From assembly GCA_964517345.1 (NCBI GenBank), contig CAZFBZ010000001.1, forward strand, positions 7,767-47,493: a DNA stretch of 39,727 nt, read 5' to 3'. Source of the stretch: an uncultured Candidatus Peribacteria bacterium. GTDB taxonomy: Bacteria; Patescibacteriota; Gracilibacteria; Peribacterales; Peribacteraceae. Of the stretch, positions 39,391-39,727 are shown one piece after another (position 1 is the stretch's first letter; each line of letters begins with the position of its first letter). A model generated the notes under the pieces. The model ran no database searches. It worked only from the letters and a program-made list of their open reading frames with translations, and was not told the DNA's origin. The position numbers were made by a program, and so were the translations under genes.

Positions 39391-39727
39391 ATGTTTTTTC
39401 GCGCTATCCTGAGTCCCGTGAAGCACAAGAAACTCCTCGCCGTCGCCGCCGTGGGCGTGATCGCGTTCGTCTGGTACCGGGGCGCTCTCGGAGCCGTCCG
39501 TGCGGGCGAAGATGCGCGCGTTCCCGTTCACATCGACGAGGGCACCTCGATGGATGGCATCGCTGCCCTGTTGCATGAAAAAGAACTCATCCGGTCGCCG
39601 CTTGCCTTTAAGATCTACGCACAGCTCAACGGTCATCGGGGCAAGCTGCAGGCGGGCGACTTCATCCTGCGCCGGTCGATGAACGTCGAGACCGTCATCC
39701 AGGTTCTGCGGCGCGGCTACTCCGAGG
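39391..39727 (+). CDS. mltG: endolytic murein transglycosylase MltG (YceG-like), 5' part truncated by the window end
   Basis: This frame is absent from the ORF track because it has no stop within the window. It reads ATG 39391 MFFRAILSPVKHKKLLAVAAVGVIAFVWYRG.. (TM anchor), then VHIDEGTSMDGIAALLHEKELIRSPLAFKIYAQLNGHRGKLQAGDFILRRSMNVETVIQVLRRG, which matches the YceG N-terminal pattern. Confidence 0.75.
   Translation, partial: MFFRAILSPVKHKKLLAVAAVGVIAFVWYRGALGAVRAGEDARVPVHIDEGTSMDGIAALLHEKELIRSPLAFKIYAQLNGHRGKLQAGDFILRRSMNVETVIQVLRRGYSE

Overview
GC-rich bacterial chromosomal window of 39.7 kb, densely coded, with about 36 protein genes and one tRNA. Left to right: single-chain glycyl-tRNA synthetase; a PrsW-like protease; an S41 C-terminal processing peptidase; DedA. 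Next is a complete F-type ATP synthase locus in the unusual order atpD-atpC-(AtpZ/AtpQ-like)-atpB-E-F-(short atpH)-A-G. Then an alpha/beta hydrolase, two tandem paralogous genes of unknown function, a Ca-ATPase-like P-type pump, rpsU, an SLH-domain protein and gyrB. A co-directional minus-strand block follows: tRNA-His, hisS, a PAP2 phosphatase, a UbiA::GT2 fusion, a GT4 glycosyltransferase and UDP-galactopyranose mutase. After that come a VirB2/TrbC-like pilin gene with a 1024-aa PKD/TM/proline-rich protein directly downstream, an M24 peptidase, two cell-wall hydrolase-like proteins (3D plus PG-binding; RlpA-like), MgtC and a VirD4/TraG-like coupling ATPase. The window ends with a hypothetical gene, ybaB and the 5' part of mltG. 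Most notable to me are five things. (1) The glf/GT/UbiA/PAP2 set mirrors the mycobacterial arabinogalactan locus. (2) A dispersed T4SS-like module includes an odd giant protein carrying repeated PPWLxKGL motifs. (3) The ATP synthase has an N-ATPase-like gene order. (4) Initiation signals are unusual: -10 boxes sit 6-11 nt from start codons, and CCUCC-type pyrimidine tracts replace Shine-Dalgarno sites. (5) A tandem pair of uncharacterised paralogs. All functional calls come from reading the translated ORFs and recalling motifs. No database search was run, and start codons are inferred. Gene content loosely suggests a small-genome Patescibacteria/CPR-like lineage, but that is a low-confidence guess.
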